64,000 bases of DNA from the human T2T-CHM13v2.0 reference genome, Homo sapiens (GCF_009914755.1 NC_060947.1); one strand, 5' to 3'; positions 15,086 through 31,208 are shown, counted from the stretch's first letter. Made by a program: numbers and translations. Notes: a model not told the origin generated them from the sequence alone.

Positions 15086-16719
15086 TCCCCCAATATCATC
15101 CTCTCTACATATACTTGGCTGTGGATATAAGAGTAGATTGACTGAAATTTCAGCCCTACCTGTACTAGGGGTTGATGTTAACATTATTGTGATACAAATG
15201 TAGAATATAACAATAGAAAGTCATAGAAGAGTTAAGGAATAATTTTGAAAGTTGTGGGAAGGGATGTTTGGAAAAGAATGGTTAAACTTTCTAACAATAT
15301 AAAGTTGGCTACCCAGACTGTATGTCCAGCTTACTTTTGTAACTTTTACTCACTTCCACCAGTCATGACTACCCATTTCTCTTCCTTGCCAGTAACTGTC
15401 ATGTGAGCCTGCCTCTATTTCACCCTCGTATCTGTCAGGGAGGTCACTCTAGATCAAATCCTACTGTTTCAATGCTGGGACAGACCTTAAAAGATTTTAT
15501 TATCTTCCTACCCTTAACATACTTTATAAATGAGGAAACTGGGGTCCTCATAGCTAACTAATTTGTAGCAAAGTAGAGATTAGAAAAAATGTCTGTCCTT
15601 TCTGACTCCCTTGTCCTATTTTTTCTGCTTTTTTCCATTTTAGTTGCTCATTATAGTCACAGATTTTGCTATCTGCTGATTACTGGAATGTTCTACCTGT
15701 ATAAACTGTTAAAAAACTGTTTGTTTCTTCTTAGGAGTCTCCTTGGTGTGAAAGAACACTATGACCTTAGCAGAAATGTAGGTTCTACCTAAGGGTTTGT
15801 TTGTGAAGTAAAACCCTCAACCATAAATCTGTCAGCCCTTGTAGGTTGAGAAAAAACTGGTTCTCATAAGGGTTCAGAATCTCTTTTAATGCATATTTAT
15901 GAGTCTGACCTGGCAGCAGACATTCATGTGTATTTCACCTAGTGTAATAAATTTGTTGGCCTCATCCTGCTGTGGGGGTTCCACCTGCATTTTTCTTAGT
16001 AAATCGTGTTTTCTTCACTTATCATGCAAACTGCCAGGCCAGGAAATTTTCCATGGATGTCCCCACTCCTTTGGATTATGCTGCTGCTTTCTGTATGAGC
16101 TGGCTGGAGCAAGATAGGGTAAATACCACACATCTTTCAAGCAGGTCACTGAATTTATGACCATGGCAAACATTTTCCACTGGCGATTTTGTAAGAGCTT
16201 ATTGTCAAGTTGTAAACTCTATATAAAATCTCTGTGCCCATAATTATTATCTACATTTGAAAACTGGACCTCCAGTAAAGTCATTTTTGATTCAATGCCA
16301 CCCACCCCCAAACTGTTTCACTATAAAAATTTGATAAGATTTTCTTAGGTTTGTGAGGCTGCTTCTCTTTCTTTTCTTTCTTTTCCTCTGTCCCAACATG
16401 TGCACATTGAATTATCCCTCCCGAAGTGTTCCCTTCCCTTCTGGAGATTCACTACTTATATTGAGAGTTACTGATAGAATGCACTACACATATGAATAGT
16501 ATGGGGGAAATAATACATTGTAAACTACTGGTTCAGCCCCTTTGGATTGGAAATTGTTTAGATTATCTGTGAGGCTTTTTGACTCAGTATCTCAGATCAT
16601 TGCTCTTTTCCCAAGTTCAATACACTACAGTTAATATTCTTGTGTCTGTAAAGCTTCTGAGAGGTGACAAAGGTTGATTTTAGTCTTTGTTAGACAACAT
16701 ATATGGGTTAACTAGGCAA

Positions 16720-17345
16720 AGTGGGGAACGGAGTGGGCATTCCAGGCAGAGGGAGCCACATAAGGGAGATAAAACATAAACCACAGCAGAAAAGTCAGTT
16801 TGTTTGCTGTGTGTGGAAGACGATGAGAATTAGCAAGTGATCAGGTCCATACTGAAGGGTTTATGTGTAACTCAAAAAAAGATTTTTTTATACTGATGAT
16901 ACTGGGGAGCCACTGAAATACTTTCAAGCAAGAGTGACTTCAGAATAGCATTAGCAGTATTTCTCAAAATGCAGTTGAACAAACTGAAGGAAGGCAAGTC
17001 CTGAAGTCAGTGGATAAGTTAGAAAACTGATAGAGTAATTCAAACTAAAGAATCTGAACTAAGAAAAAAGAGAGAGGAAGGATTAATTGAAAGCTATTGA
17101 ATGGTTTCACTACTAGAATGGATGCAGGAGTGAAAAGTGGGGAGGAATAAAGACTAAAGCTCAGGTTTCTGGCTTGCTTGGTGCAAGACCTGCCATTACT
17201 TGGTGCAAGACCTGCCATTCCCAGTGACATGGAATAAAAGAGGAAGGGGGAGAGGAAAAAGAAAATCATGTAGGATAGGATGAGGAGTTAAATTCTGGGC
17301 AGGTAAAAATCAAAGCACTGTGTGCCATCCAAGTTATCTACTAGA
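16720..17345 (-). mobile_element. L2 fragment
   Basis: gggcattccaggcagaggga...ggggagccactgaa...ctcaggtttctggcttg, typical antisense L2 motifs. Confidence 0.5.
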
Positions 17346-17540
17346 CACAAAAGAATTAATAAATTTCAATGAGATCTTTCTTATTATCAGGAGATATTCT
17401 AACTGAAGGTTGGGTATGCTTTACCAAAAGTTCATTATTTGCTCACTAGTGTAATAGTCTGCTAGGTTCTATTTCTGTGTCATAAGATATTTGTGGGAAA
17501 AAAACTGTTTTCAAATACTTCATTAAAATAGTTAAGACAG

Positions 17541-17613
17541 TTTTTTTTTAAGTAAAAGCAAGTTTATTAAGAAAGTAAAGGAATAAAGAATCGCTACTCC
17601 ATAGGCAGAACAG
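17541..17613 (-). mobile_element. Polyadenylated ERV1 (MER41/MER4-group-like) LTR R-region fragment
   Basis: Minus strand reads ctgttctgcctatggagtagcgattctttattcctttactttcttAATAAActtgcttttactt followed by A9; short cagttt repeat on both sides. Confidence 0.65.
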
Positions 17614-18142
17614 ACCAGTTTCTAATTTTATGTTTATTTGAGCACTAGAAATTTCAGCATTAGTGATTATTAATATTTATAATTTATTTTACAACAGTTT
17701 TTGTCCCTTCTATTTCTTCTTCCTTAATAAAGTTAAACTGCAGTTTCAGTTGAGGTCACTGGTACCTTATTTAGAAAGAGGAGCATAAGAAGAGAATGTT
17801 GTAATGTGTTCCAGGATTGAGGTTTATTTTGAAATTAATTCTTCTGAGAGATTTTTTTTAAATGTGACTGCAATGTAACAAAACTCACCAATCACAAGAT
17901 AAATTATTATACACAATTGGGATTTATCTGCAACTTTAAAATAACTTGGAATTTTTTTGGTTATGTGATCACTATAGTTTCTGAAGCATTATCATTTAGT
18001 TAGACCTTTCCAGGAATTTGTTTAGCATGCCTTAGATAAAACTGCTTCCTTTTTAAGGAGGTGGCTCCCACTGCAGTCGTTGCATTGGGAGAAGGACTGG
18101 GAAGAAGAGACTTGTGGAGCATCTTGTAGAGAAAAAAAGGTC

Positions 18143-18581
18143 TCATGGTTAATTTATGTGTCAACATGGTTATTTGGTGAACCATTATTCTAGACGTTTC
18201 TGAGTAAAGCAGGTTACTTTGCATAAAGTAGGTTATCCTTCCTAATGTTGATGAGTCTCATCCAATCATTTGAAGGCCTTAATAGAAAAATGACTGCTCC
18301 TTTTCTGTCCCCCACCCCCAAACAAGAAGACTGCCTTTGGCTGGGGCTTCAATATTAACTCTTCCCTGGGTCTCCAGCCTGTAGGCTTCCACAGTTCCTT
18401 AAAATCTTTTTTCTCTTTCTTTTCTTTTCTTTCTTTCTCTCACCTCTCTCCTTTCTTCTCTTCTCCTCTTCTCTTCTTCTTCTCTCTCTCTCTCTCCCTC
18501 TCTCCCCTTCTCTCAACCCCCACCCCTTGATAGATAATCTCCTAATGGTTCCGTTTCTCTCTGAACAACCCCGACTAACAC
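18143..18581 (+). mobile_element. MLT2 (ERVL) LTR with internal (TC)n/pyrimidine tract
   Basis: atggttaatttatgtgtcaac...ctcatccaatcatttgaaggccttaatagaa...ggttccgtttctctctgaacaaccccgactaacaca. Confidence 0.75.
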
Positions 18582-19821
18582 AGGGAGAAACATACTTTTG
18601 CTTTATTATTGTATTTTGCTTTCCACATCCACCTCTGTGTTTCCTCTTGGCTTGGTGCTTTCTGGAATCATGTGGCACACTTGATTATGCCTGAACTTCA
18701 GTGAAAGTGCTAAGACCTTACAGTATAGCAAGGCACACTGCTAGCTGGTGTGGTGGGTCTCCAATGAACTAGGCTAGGTACTTAATGAGTTTACAACTGG
18801 AAGCAATCAAACATCTATATGAGGCAATGCCAAATGTGATCAATTCTATAAGAGAAAGTTAAGCAGTATGCAGTGGGAATCTACAAAAAGTAATTACTTC
18901 TGCTTGGGTGAATGAGGACGTTTGGGGCTGGTCCTTAAGGATGGATGAGGTTTAAATTACTGCCTTGTGGAGGGTGTGGGAGTATAAAAGTATATTCAAA
19001 AACGAGGGAACATGGTGAGAAAAGGCCTGGGACCAGGGACGTAGGGGGTGCATTATGATTAAGGAAAGATGTTACGTATTATGCACCAGTATTTTGTGGG
19101 GAGCACTCACCAAGGAGATATGCTCAGAAATAAACAGGCCCTAGAAAGGAAACAGCCTGCTGTTTTCTCTCAGCAGCCATGTAATACAAATGTGCACAAA
19201 TACATGTTTACATGTATTCTCTGTTTTCTTCCATCAAAGTTGCTTCTGTTTGGGGACACCACAGCCTTACCACATAACTTGGCCTGTTCTACTATCTGAG
19301 ACTGATTTTTACCTCTGGATTAAGTGTCACTCAGGGAGAAAATGAACCTTGGGGTCTGACAATCCCTACTTCACAATTGTATTCATAGTCATAGGGGCTT
19401 GCAGCTTCATGGGAACATTTATTCTTTGCTAGTGAGGCATTGTTTTGCAATAATTCAAAATGAGATGGCATATATAAAAGTACCTTACAAACTCTAAAGT
19501 AATGTACAGATGCAGACATTATTATAAGTTTTTTTCCTAGAAACAGTGGATATTATGTGAATGTCATATTCAAGTTTTTGAGCAAAGCTCTTACTCTTTC
19601 TGCAATTGAATATCTGTGTAACAACTTTTGTTTTAAAAGTTACTTTTATTTTCAAATTGGCCATTTTTGAACCTCATTCAAAGTATTTAATTAGTAGACG
19701 CAGCAGAAGGGGCTCCTTATAGTTTAGCGTCACCTGTAGCAGTTTATTGGCAAGTTCATATTTCATAATCACAAATGGTGGTCCAATTTATAATGCAAAT
19801 CACATGGGTTTAATTTTAAAA

Positions 19822-20568
19822 TTTTTAATTAGGTTTATTGAGGTGTAATTTACATATAGAAAAATTCACACTTTTTAGGTGTACAGCTGAGTTTTGACAA
19901 ACATATAATAGTCATAATTACAACCATAATCAAGATACAGCATAGAACAATTCCATCACTGTCCAAATTTCCTTGATGTGGAATCATCCACTTTTCACCC
20001 CCATTCTCCAGCAAGCACTAACTTGTTTTCTGTCCCTATAATTTTGCCTTTCCCAGAATGTCATATAAATGGAATCATAATATATTTAGCCTTAATGAGT
20101 CTGACCTCTTTTAGTTGATTAGCATTAACGCCTTTGAGATTCATCCAAATTTTTGTATGTATCAGTACTTTGTTCCTTTTTATTGTTAAGTAGTATATTT
20201 TGGTGTACATACACCACGTTTGTTTATTCTATCACCAGCTGAAAACCACTCAGGCTGTTTTCAGTTTAAGGCAATTATAAATAAAGCTACCATAAACATT
20301 TGTATACATATTTTTCTGTGAACATAAGCTTTTACTTGTCTATGGTAAATACCTTTGAATGAGATTGCTGGATCATATGTTAAGTGTATATTTAACTTTG
20401 TAAGAAACTGCCAAATTGTTTTCCAGGGTAGCTGTACCATTTTGTACTTCCATCAGCAATGTATGAGAGTTTTACTTGCTCACAATCCTTGCCAGCACCT
20501 TCGCATTGTCAGTTAGGTATTCTTTTTTTAATTTTAGACATTCTAGTAGGTTCCTAGGGGTATCTCAT
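19822..20568 (-). mobile_element. L1MB 3' end, broken at right inversion breakpoint
   Basis: ggtttattgaggtgtaatttacatata...ttccagaatgtcatataaatggaatcat...ggggtatctcat; its 5' end continues the L1 at 8045-8502. Confidence 0.85.
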
Positions 20569-20852
20569 ATTCTATTGCAGGTAAATTATACCACAGTAAA
20601 ATTGATCATCTAAAAATAAAAGACAATCAACAAAGAAGGATAAAATAATAGTAACATACAAAAGTGACTAAGAATAAAAATTCAAAGGAGAAAAAGAATT
20701 CATAAAATTCAAAAGAAAAGCACAAATAGGGCAAATGATTTGAAATTGTAAATTCGCAGAAAAAGAAATGTGAATATCCGAGAAGCGTAAGAAAAGATTC
20801 AGCCATCTCTAGCTAAATATCAGGACATACAATAAGGCTTAAAAGATGTATA

Positions 20853-22818
20853 GGAAGTCTAGCCAGAGCAATCATGAAACAGAATGAAAAAAAGGTAACC
20901 AAATAGGAAAAAAAGAAGTTAAACTATCCCTCTTTGCTGATGATATAATTCTATTATTAAAATACCCTAAAAAATCCACCAAAACGCTACTAGAACTGAT
21001 AAACCATTTTAGCAAGATTTTGGGATACAAAACCAATGTATGAAAATCGGTAACCTTTGTATACACCAATAACACCCAGGCTGAGAGTCAAATCAAGAAC
21101 ACAATCGTATTTACAATAGTCACAAAGAAAATGAAATACCTAGGAACACCAAGAACCAAGGAGGTAAAAGATCTCTACAAGGAGCACTATAAAACACTGC
21201 TGAAAGAAATGAAAGACAACACAAATAAATGGAAAAACATTCCATTCTCATGGATTTGAAGAATCAATGTCATTAAAATGGCCATACTACCCAAAGCAAT
21301 TTACAGATTCAACGTTATTCTTATGAAACTACCAACATTATTCTTCACAGAATTAGAAAAAACTATTCTAAAATTCATATGGAACCAAAAAAGAGCACAA
21401 ATAGCCAAGGCAAAAAGAAAAAAGCCAGAGGCATCACACTACCTGATTTCAAATTATACTATAAGGTTACATAACCAAAATAGCATAGTACTGGTACAAA
21501 AACAGACACATAGACCAATGGAACAGAACAGAAAACTCAGAAATAAAGCCACACACCTACAACCATCAGATCTTTGACAAGGCCAACAAATACAAGCAAC
21601 GGGATAAGGACTCCCTATTCAATAAATGGTGCTGGGATACTTGGCTAGCCATATGCAAAAGAATGAAACTGGATACTTGCCTTTCACCATATACAAAAAT
21701 AACTCAAAATGGATTAAAAATTTAAGAACTCAAACTATAAAAAGTGTAGAAGAAAACCTATGAATACTCTTTTCAACATCAGCCTGGACAAAGAATTTTT
21801 GGATAAGTCCCCAAAAGCAATTGCAACAAAAACAAAATTTGACAAACGAGACCTAATTAAACTAAAGAGCTTCTGCACAGCAAAAGAAACTGTCAACAAA
21901 CAGACAACCTACAGAATGGGAGAAAATACTTGCAAACTATGCATTCAACAAACGTCTATTATCCAGAATCTATAAGTAACTTAAACAAATCAACCAGCAA
22001 GAAACAACCCCATTAAAAAAACGGGCAAAGGACATGAACAGACATTTCTCAAAAGATATACAAGCAGCCAACAAGCATATGAAAAAATGCTCATCACTAA
22101 TCATCAGAGAAATTCAAATCAAGACCACAATGAGATACCCTCTTACACCAGTGAGAATGGCTGTTATTAAAAAGTAAAAGAACAACAGATGTCAGTGAGG
22201 CTGCAGAGAAAAGGGAACACTTATACACTGTTGGTGGGAATGTAAATTAGCTCAGCCACTGTGGAAAGCAGTTTGGAGATTTCTCAAAGAACTTAAAACA
22301 GAGTTACCATTTGATTCAGCAATCCCATTACTGGGTACATACCCAAAGGAAATTAGATCATTATGCCAAAAATACACGTGCACTTGTATGTTCATCATCA
22401 TACTATTCATAATAGCAAAGACATGGAATCAACCTAGGTGCCCATCAATGGTGGACTGGATAAAGAAAATGTGGTACACAGACAGCAAGGAATACTATGC
22501 AGCCATAAAAAAAGAAAAAATCATGTCCTTTGCAGCAACATAGATGCAGCTAGACGCCATAATCACAAGCGAATTAACACAGGAACAGAAAACCAAATGC
22601 TGCATATTGTTACTTAGAAGTGGGAGCTAAACATTGAGCACATATGGACATAAATATCGAAACAATAGACACTGTGGACTACTAGAGGGGTGAGGGGCAG
22701 AGTGGGGCATGGGTTAAAAAGCTACCTATTGGGTATTGTGCATGCTACCTGAGTGCGATATACCCATGTAACAAACCTGCATATGTGTACACCCTGTATC
22801 TAAAATAAAAGTTGAAAA
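20853..22818 (+). mobile_element. L1PA15-17/L1PREC2-age 3' fragment
   Basis: Degenerate ORF2 C-terminus (ORF 21278: [12 protein letters not shown]...) and 3'UTR ending tatctaaaataaaagttgaaa. Confidence 0.85.
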
Positions 22819-23019
22819 TATTTTTAAATACTCCCTAACAAGAATAAATTATTTTTCTATCAAATTGTGTGCACACCTGTGCCAAAAAAAAGTACATCAG
22901 ATATGTCAAGGGGGTGGGCAGATAGTTAAACTCACTCATCATGGGAGCATGGGTTTTGGAACAACTTGTCAATATCTATAAAAAAATAAGAATACAAATA
23001 CCATTTGTTACAGTGATGT

Positions 23020-23513
23020 TGATTTTTGGTTTTTTTTAACTGATACATAATAATTGGACATATTTTTGGGGTGCACATAATATTTTTGATACAAGCATAT
23101 AATGTGCAGTGTTCAAATCTGGGTAACTGAGTTATCTATCACCTCAAACATTTATCATTTCTTTGTGCTGGGAACATTTCAAGTCTTCTAGCTATTTTGA
23201 AATATTCAATAAATTATTGTTAACTACAGTCACTCTATTGTGCTATTAAACACTAGAACTTATTCCTCCTATTTAACTGTATGTTGGTACACATTAACCA
23301 ACCTCTCTTCATTCCTCCTGCTACCCTTCCCAACCTCTAGTAACCATCATTCTTCTCTCTACCTCCATGAAGTCAACTTTTGTATATGAGTGAGAATATG
23401 CAATATTTGTCTTTCCATGCCTGGCTTATTTCACTTAACATAATGACCCCCAGTTTTATCCATGATACTACAAATGACAGGATTTAATTCTTTTTAAGGC
23501 TGAATAGTATTCC

Positions 23514-23557
<44 letters not shown>

Positions 23558-24742
23558 CATATATCAGCTTTTCTTTATCCAGTCATCCTTTGACATACAG
23601 TTAGGTTGATTTCATATCCTGGCTATTGTGAATAGTGTTGTAATAAACATGGGAGTGCAGATATTTCTTCAATATACTGATTTCCCTCCTTTTGAATATA
23701 CAGTCAGCAGTGAGATTGCTGTATCACATGGGAGATCTATTTAGATTTTTTTAGGAACCTTCACACTATTTTCCACAGTGGCTGTACTAATTCACAACTC
23801 CACCAACAATATGTAAGTTCCCTTTTCTCCACATCATCCCCAGCATTTATTTCATGTCTTTTTGATAATAGCAATTCTAACAGGGGTGAGATGATATTGC
23901 ACTGTGGTTCTGATTTGCATTTCTCTGATGACTAGTGATGTTGAGCATTTTTTTAATATATCTGTCAGCCATTTTTATATCTTATTTTGAGAAACAGCTC
24001 TTCCGCTCTTTTGCCAATTTTTTAATCATATTATTTTCTTTTTTGCTATTGAGTTGAGTTCCTTACATATTCTGGATATTATCTCCTTGTCAGATGCACA
24101 GTTTGAAAATATTCTCTCACATTCTGTAGGTTGCCACTTCACTCTTGATTGTTTCCTAGCTGTGTAGAAGCTTTCTAGTTTGATGTAATCCCATCTGTCT
24201 ATTTTTGCTTATGTTGTCTATGCTTTTGAAGCTTAGCCAAAAATTTCTTTCCCCAAAGAATTTCATAAAGCACTTCCCCTATGTTTTCTTGTAGTAGTTT
24301 CAGGTCTTAGATTTAATTCTGTAATCCATTTTGATTTGATTTTTTTGTATATGGTGAGAGATAAGGGTCTACTTTTCATTTTTCTGCATATGGATATCCT
24401 ATTTCCCCCAGCACCACTTATTGAAGAGACTTTCCTTTCCCTCACTGAATGTTCCTAACACCTCTGTTAAAATCAGTTGGCTGTATATATGTGTATTTGT
24501 TTCTAGGTTCTATATTCTGTTCTAGTGGTCTATGTGTCTGTTTTTATGCCAGTACCGTGCTGTTTTCCTTACTCAGGCAATGTGATTCCTCCAGTTTTGT
24601 TCTTTTTGCTAAGGATAGCTTTGGCTATTCTAGGTCATTTGTTGTTCCATACAAATTGTAAGATTGTTTTTCTCTTGTTTTTATAAAAACTATCATTGGT
24701 ATTTTGGTAGGATTGCATTGACTCTGTGGATCACCTTGGGTA
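23020..24742 (-). mobile_element. L1MA (MA4/5-like) 3' fragment with (GT)n at ~23516-23554
   Basis: Antisense L1MA 3'UTR (tgatacataataatt...cacctcaaacatttatc) plus ORF2 tail. Confidence 0.8.
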
Positions 24743-25455
24743 GCCAATATAGACAACTGTATGGAGGTTCCTCAAAAAACTAAAAATAAAACTACCATAT
24801 GATCTAGCAATCACAATTCCAAGTATATATATGTATCTATCATCATATACCTATGCCCTCGTGTTTACTGCAGCACTATTAACAATAACCAAAATATGGA
24901 ATCAACCTAAGTGTCCATCAATGGATAAATTAATTTTTAATGTTGTATACATACACAATGGAACACTATTCAGCCATAACAAGGAATGCAACCTGTCATT
25001 TGTGACAAAATTGATGAACTTAGAGGACATTATGCTAAGTGAAATAAGACAAGAACGAAAGGACAAATACCATATGATTCCACTCATAATGAGGAATTTT
25101 TTAAGTTTATCTCATAGAAGTAGAGAGTAGAATAGTGGTTATCAGAGGCTGGGCGAGAGTGGGGGGCAGGTAATGAAGAGAGGTTGCTCAACAAAAAGTT
25201 ACAGTTAGATAGGAGGAATAAGTTCTGGTGTTCTATTGCATGGCGGGGTGACTACAGTTAACAATAATGTATTTTAAAATAGAAGAGAGGATTTCAAATG
25301 TTCTCACCGTGAAGAAATGACATGTATTTGAGATGACTGATATCCTAATTACCCTGATTTGATCATTACATAATGTATATATGTATCAAAACATCACATT
25401 GTACCCCATAAATACGAACAATTATCATGTATCAATTTAAAACAAAATAAAACTG
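24743..25455 (+). mobile_element. L1MA (MA6/7-like) 3' fragment
   Basis: gtatggaggttcctcaaaaaactaaaaat...aggaggaataagttctgg...acatcacattgtaccccataaata. Confidence 0.8.
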
Positions 25456-25583
25456 TTTTAAAAGGCTAAAAATAGATGCACTATGCATCTAGTTTAATAA
25501 GCTAGAAAAACAATGTTATAAAAATCAAAGAAAGTACAAATGGAGAAATAATAAAAAACAAAAATAAATGAAATAGAAAACTA

Positions 25584-25900
<317 letters not shown>

Positions 25901-26297
25901 AGAAAGTTGGGTTGCTGAGGATTTTATTAGCTGAATAATAGTGACAAACTTCTTAAAAGACTGATCCAGAAAAAGAGAGATAGCATGAATATATTAGAAA
26001 TAAAAATGAACATCACAATGCTACAAAGATTCAAAAGATTTTAAGAAAGGTTGTGAGGAAACAGGTACTTAGAGGAATAAATTGATGAAACTTCTCTGAG
26101 GGGCAATGAGGATACATTTATAAATGCACATGCCTTTTGCTGCAGAAATTCCAACTCTCAACTTTTATCTCACAATTGTACACAGAAATGTGCAAGGCTG
26201 TTTTCAATATCAATCACAAAGTCCATACCTAACCATAATGTCTCTATGTAGGAGACTATTTAGATAAATTATAAAACATCCAAATGACACAGTACTA

Positions 26298-26625
<328 letters not shown>

Positions 26626-27009
26626 ATGAGGTAACATAACACACACAAAATTATACACAAATGCTAACAGCAGCTTTATTAATAAGTAAAAAGTGAAAAT
26701 AACCCAAATGTCCATCAACCGATAAATGAATAAACATAAGTAGTAGTATATTCATACCTTGTAGAATTATTCATCCATAGAAAGAAGAAAGTACTAATAC
26801 ATGCTATAACTAAGACGAACATTGAAAACGTTATGCTAAGGGAAAGAAGCCAGACACAATAGGCCATTTATTGTATTATTCCATTTATATAACATGTCTA
26901 GAATAAGCAAATCCATAGAAACAGAAAGCAGAATCATAATTGCCAGGAACTGGGGAGAGGGGAGATAGACTTTATTATAGAACAAATGGGATGAGTAAAA
27001 GGAGATAGA

Positions 27010-27985
<976 letters not shown>

Positions 27986-29399
27986 TTCACTGATGAAAAT
28001 GTTCTAGAATCAGATCACTGTAATGGCAGCACAACTTTGTGAACATACTAAAAAAAAACACTGATTTGAATACTTTAAAAAGGTGAATTGTATGGTATGT
28101 GAATTATATCTCAATTTTTTTAATTATATGAGAAATAAAAGAATAAGGTAGGTATTTATGTCCTGATATAGAAATATTTATAATATAAAGTTTTGTTAAG
28201 TAGCCATAGATCAATGTGTATCACGTACTTCCATTTGTGTTTAAAAGAGGATATACACACATGCTTGTATTTGCATAGAAAACATCTGTAAGCAAAGTAA
28301 ATAAACAAAATGATAACAATGGCTGCCTCCAGAGAGAGAAGACTTATTTTTCATGGATACTTTGGGTTTCTGTAAATGTTTTGCCATGTGTGTTAGATGC
28401 CTTTATAATTTAAAAAAATAGAAAGCATATGAAATATGTAGATTGAAATTCTTCCAGTCTATGAGGCATGTATTAAAATGTGTTAGTCCTATATGTACCT
28501 ATGATGAAATACAAATTTGGTGAAATCATAAAACATAACCTTAACAAATAAGGATGTTACGCTACAAAAAAAAACTATTATTTTTTACTGCTAGACATGA
28601 CATTTAAATACTCTAAAAATTGGAAAATAAAGGATTTCTCTTATTGAAAATGAGAAAAATACAATATTTAAACTATGCCCAAGCCTCCAAAGTTTAGGCA
28701 AAATTTGAAATAATTCAAATCATAAAATCTCAAAGTTCAAAGGGAACTTTACAGATCAAATGGGTCCTGCCACTTACACAATGCTTAATTTCCCTCTAAA
28801 CTCTCATCCCTGTTAAGAAGTTAACTAGCCTTCCCTTAACCACCTCTAGTAATGTGAACTCCCTATAATTTGAGATGGCCCATTCCGTACTTCAATAGCT
28901 TTATCAGAAAAATCTCCTTATACCGAGGTGACATCTAACTCTTTGAAACTTCTATCCACTGAATCTACTCTTTAAAATATATATATATATACACATATAT
29001 ATATCTTCTGTGAGTACATTTATTCATTTATCTATTTACTTATATAAATTTATCTTAGGTTAATTAAATTATGAAACACTCTAAACCAGACATAATCATC
29101 CACATTTTTATCCCGAGTATACTTTTTCAAAATAAAAATTAATAAATTTGGGGACCTCTTTATCTAAAAGAGTCTGGAAATAAGATTTCTGACTTCTTTC
29201 CTTTTATGTATGCATAGTACAAAATTAAAGTACAGTTTAAATGCTTAAAGAATTACATTTCAAAAAACTTTATCCAAATCTCTTTTATGGGAAAGGTCAC
29301 TTTCTACCAAGTATTACAATTACTTTTGCCCTTCCCATCTGCTCCAGTAGACTCTTTGAGGGCAGCTTCTAGGTCTGATTCTTCCCTCACTGTACCAGC

Positions 29400-29570
29400 T
29401 AATGGAAAATATAGTGGCCCCAGGATCAGAGAATCTGAATTCAAGTCCCAGTTCCTTCTAAGTAGCTTGTTACTTTTCCCAGGTCTCTTAACATTACTGG
29501 GCTTCAGTTTCCTCATCTATAAACTCAGAGGGCTGATATATAGAGAGCTGTATTCAGCTCTGAATATTTT
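29400..29570 (+). mobile_element. MIR
   Basis: tcagagaatctgaattcaagtccca...gggcttcagtttcctcatctataaa. Confidence 0.6.
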
Positions 29571-31154
29571 ACACTTTTAGGATAAATTTTATTTATGACC
29601 ATCAATGGATCTTCTTCCCCTTTATCAGTGGATTTCACCTGCAAGAGCAGGGGAAAGCAATGCCACTGATATTATTTTGAAGCCATATTCTCTAACTCCT
29701 TTAAGAGTAATACAACAGACAGGGCAAAGTAAATTCACAGTAAGCTACTGAAGTACCTAGGAAATTTATTGTTAAAGCAGATAGCCTTTTCCTCAATCCA
29801 ATCTACATTTACTGTTTCAAAGAATGTAAAACAATACCCTGTGCCAATATTTTATGTCTCTAAACAATTTCGATGAGAATTATGTGATCACTAGTTAACC
29901 GGTACTGCAATAATGTATACGTTAATCATTACTTAAGCATTATATATAATACATTACTGAATTCAGTATGATACTCATCCCCATTCTGACTTCAAAATTT
30001 TTCTCTCATGAAATCTGTCATCTATATATCACTTCACTTTTATTACCCTTAACGCAAACAGGATTTTAAATAAGTAAATTCTTACAGATATAACAGACAC
30101 ATATGTGGTACATGTTTCTTAGATTCAGCATTTTGCCTTACAAACTAAGGAACTGTTGCCTACATAATGATAACTTTAAATAACTCTATTGACAAAGCAG
30201 CAAAATAGAATATAAAGCCACTCCAAAATGTCTCCTGAGTTAGGACAAGGAATAGTTTCTGGTTTCAAGATATAATCAAACTATAATAACTTACGAAAAA
30301 GTCAGCAAGGCCAAAATAAGTCAAACTTCCTCTGGAAAGATGAGGTAGATGCATTTTTTTCCTTATTTCTCCTACAAAATATGGCTAACAATCATGGATA
30401 TTGTATATAAAAACATAAAATGGTTCTGAAAGGTGGCAGGAAGAAGCAGATGGGCTAGGGACCTCAGGACCCAAGGAATAGCACAGTGGAGATTTTCCTG
30501 GGTGTTCTTTTTGCCTAATATATTCAAGGTATAAAGCTGAAGAAGTTGGCAACCTAGAAATGACAGTGAGCACAAACCAAAAACACAGAAGAAGAAAAGT
30601 CTGCTCTCTCTAGCCAGAGGATCAGAAAAAGGGCAGAATATTAGGACAGAAAATTTTTAGACAATAATTACTCTACTCCAGCTAAACACTACAGAAAAAA
30701 ATATGGCTGCACCCTCATCCACGTCACCAAAGGCTTAGTGGGAATCCTAGACTTCCACCTTCACAATGCTGTAATGAAACACACTCCTTTCTGCGCTGGG
30801 ATGGGGTCAGAAGAGGCCCAGTGGAGAGCCAGGACTTTCACCACTATCCAGTGGCTGTGAGACCATCCCCCTAATGATGTCAGTGAAGGCTATGTGTAAA
30901 GCAGTAACAAGGCACTCTTAGCCCTCTCAGGCAGGGAGATATCACTGGAGGTCTAGTGAGGAGCCAGGACTTCCACCCTCACCCACCAGTAAGGAAAAAC
31001 CACCCTCTTAGGTATCAAGAGAGGTCAATTAGGAAACCTGGCTGTCTAGACCCACCTGGCAGTAATGAGGCAGTGCCCTCCCTCCCCTGACACAGCAGTA
31101 TCAGATGAAGCCAGCTAAGACAGAAAGTTTCATTCATAGGGCAAGATTTTAAAT

Positions 31155-31208
31155 AGAAGAAAGAAAAGAAAAGAAAAGAGAGAGAGAGAGAGAGAGAGAG
31201 AAAGAAAG

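Noticed and set aside
23020-25455. Back-to-back L1MA 3' ends resembling a twin-primed element
   Set aside because: Both halves have their own, different 3'UTRs, so they are independent insertions.
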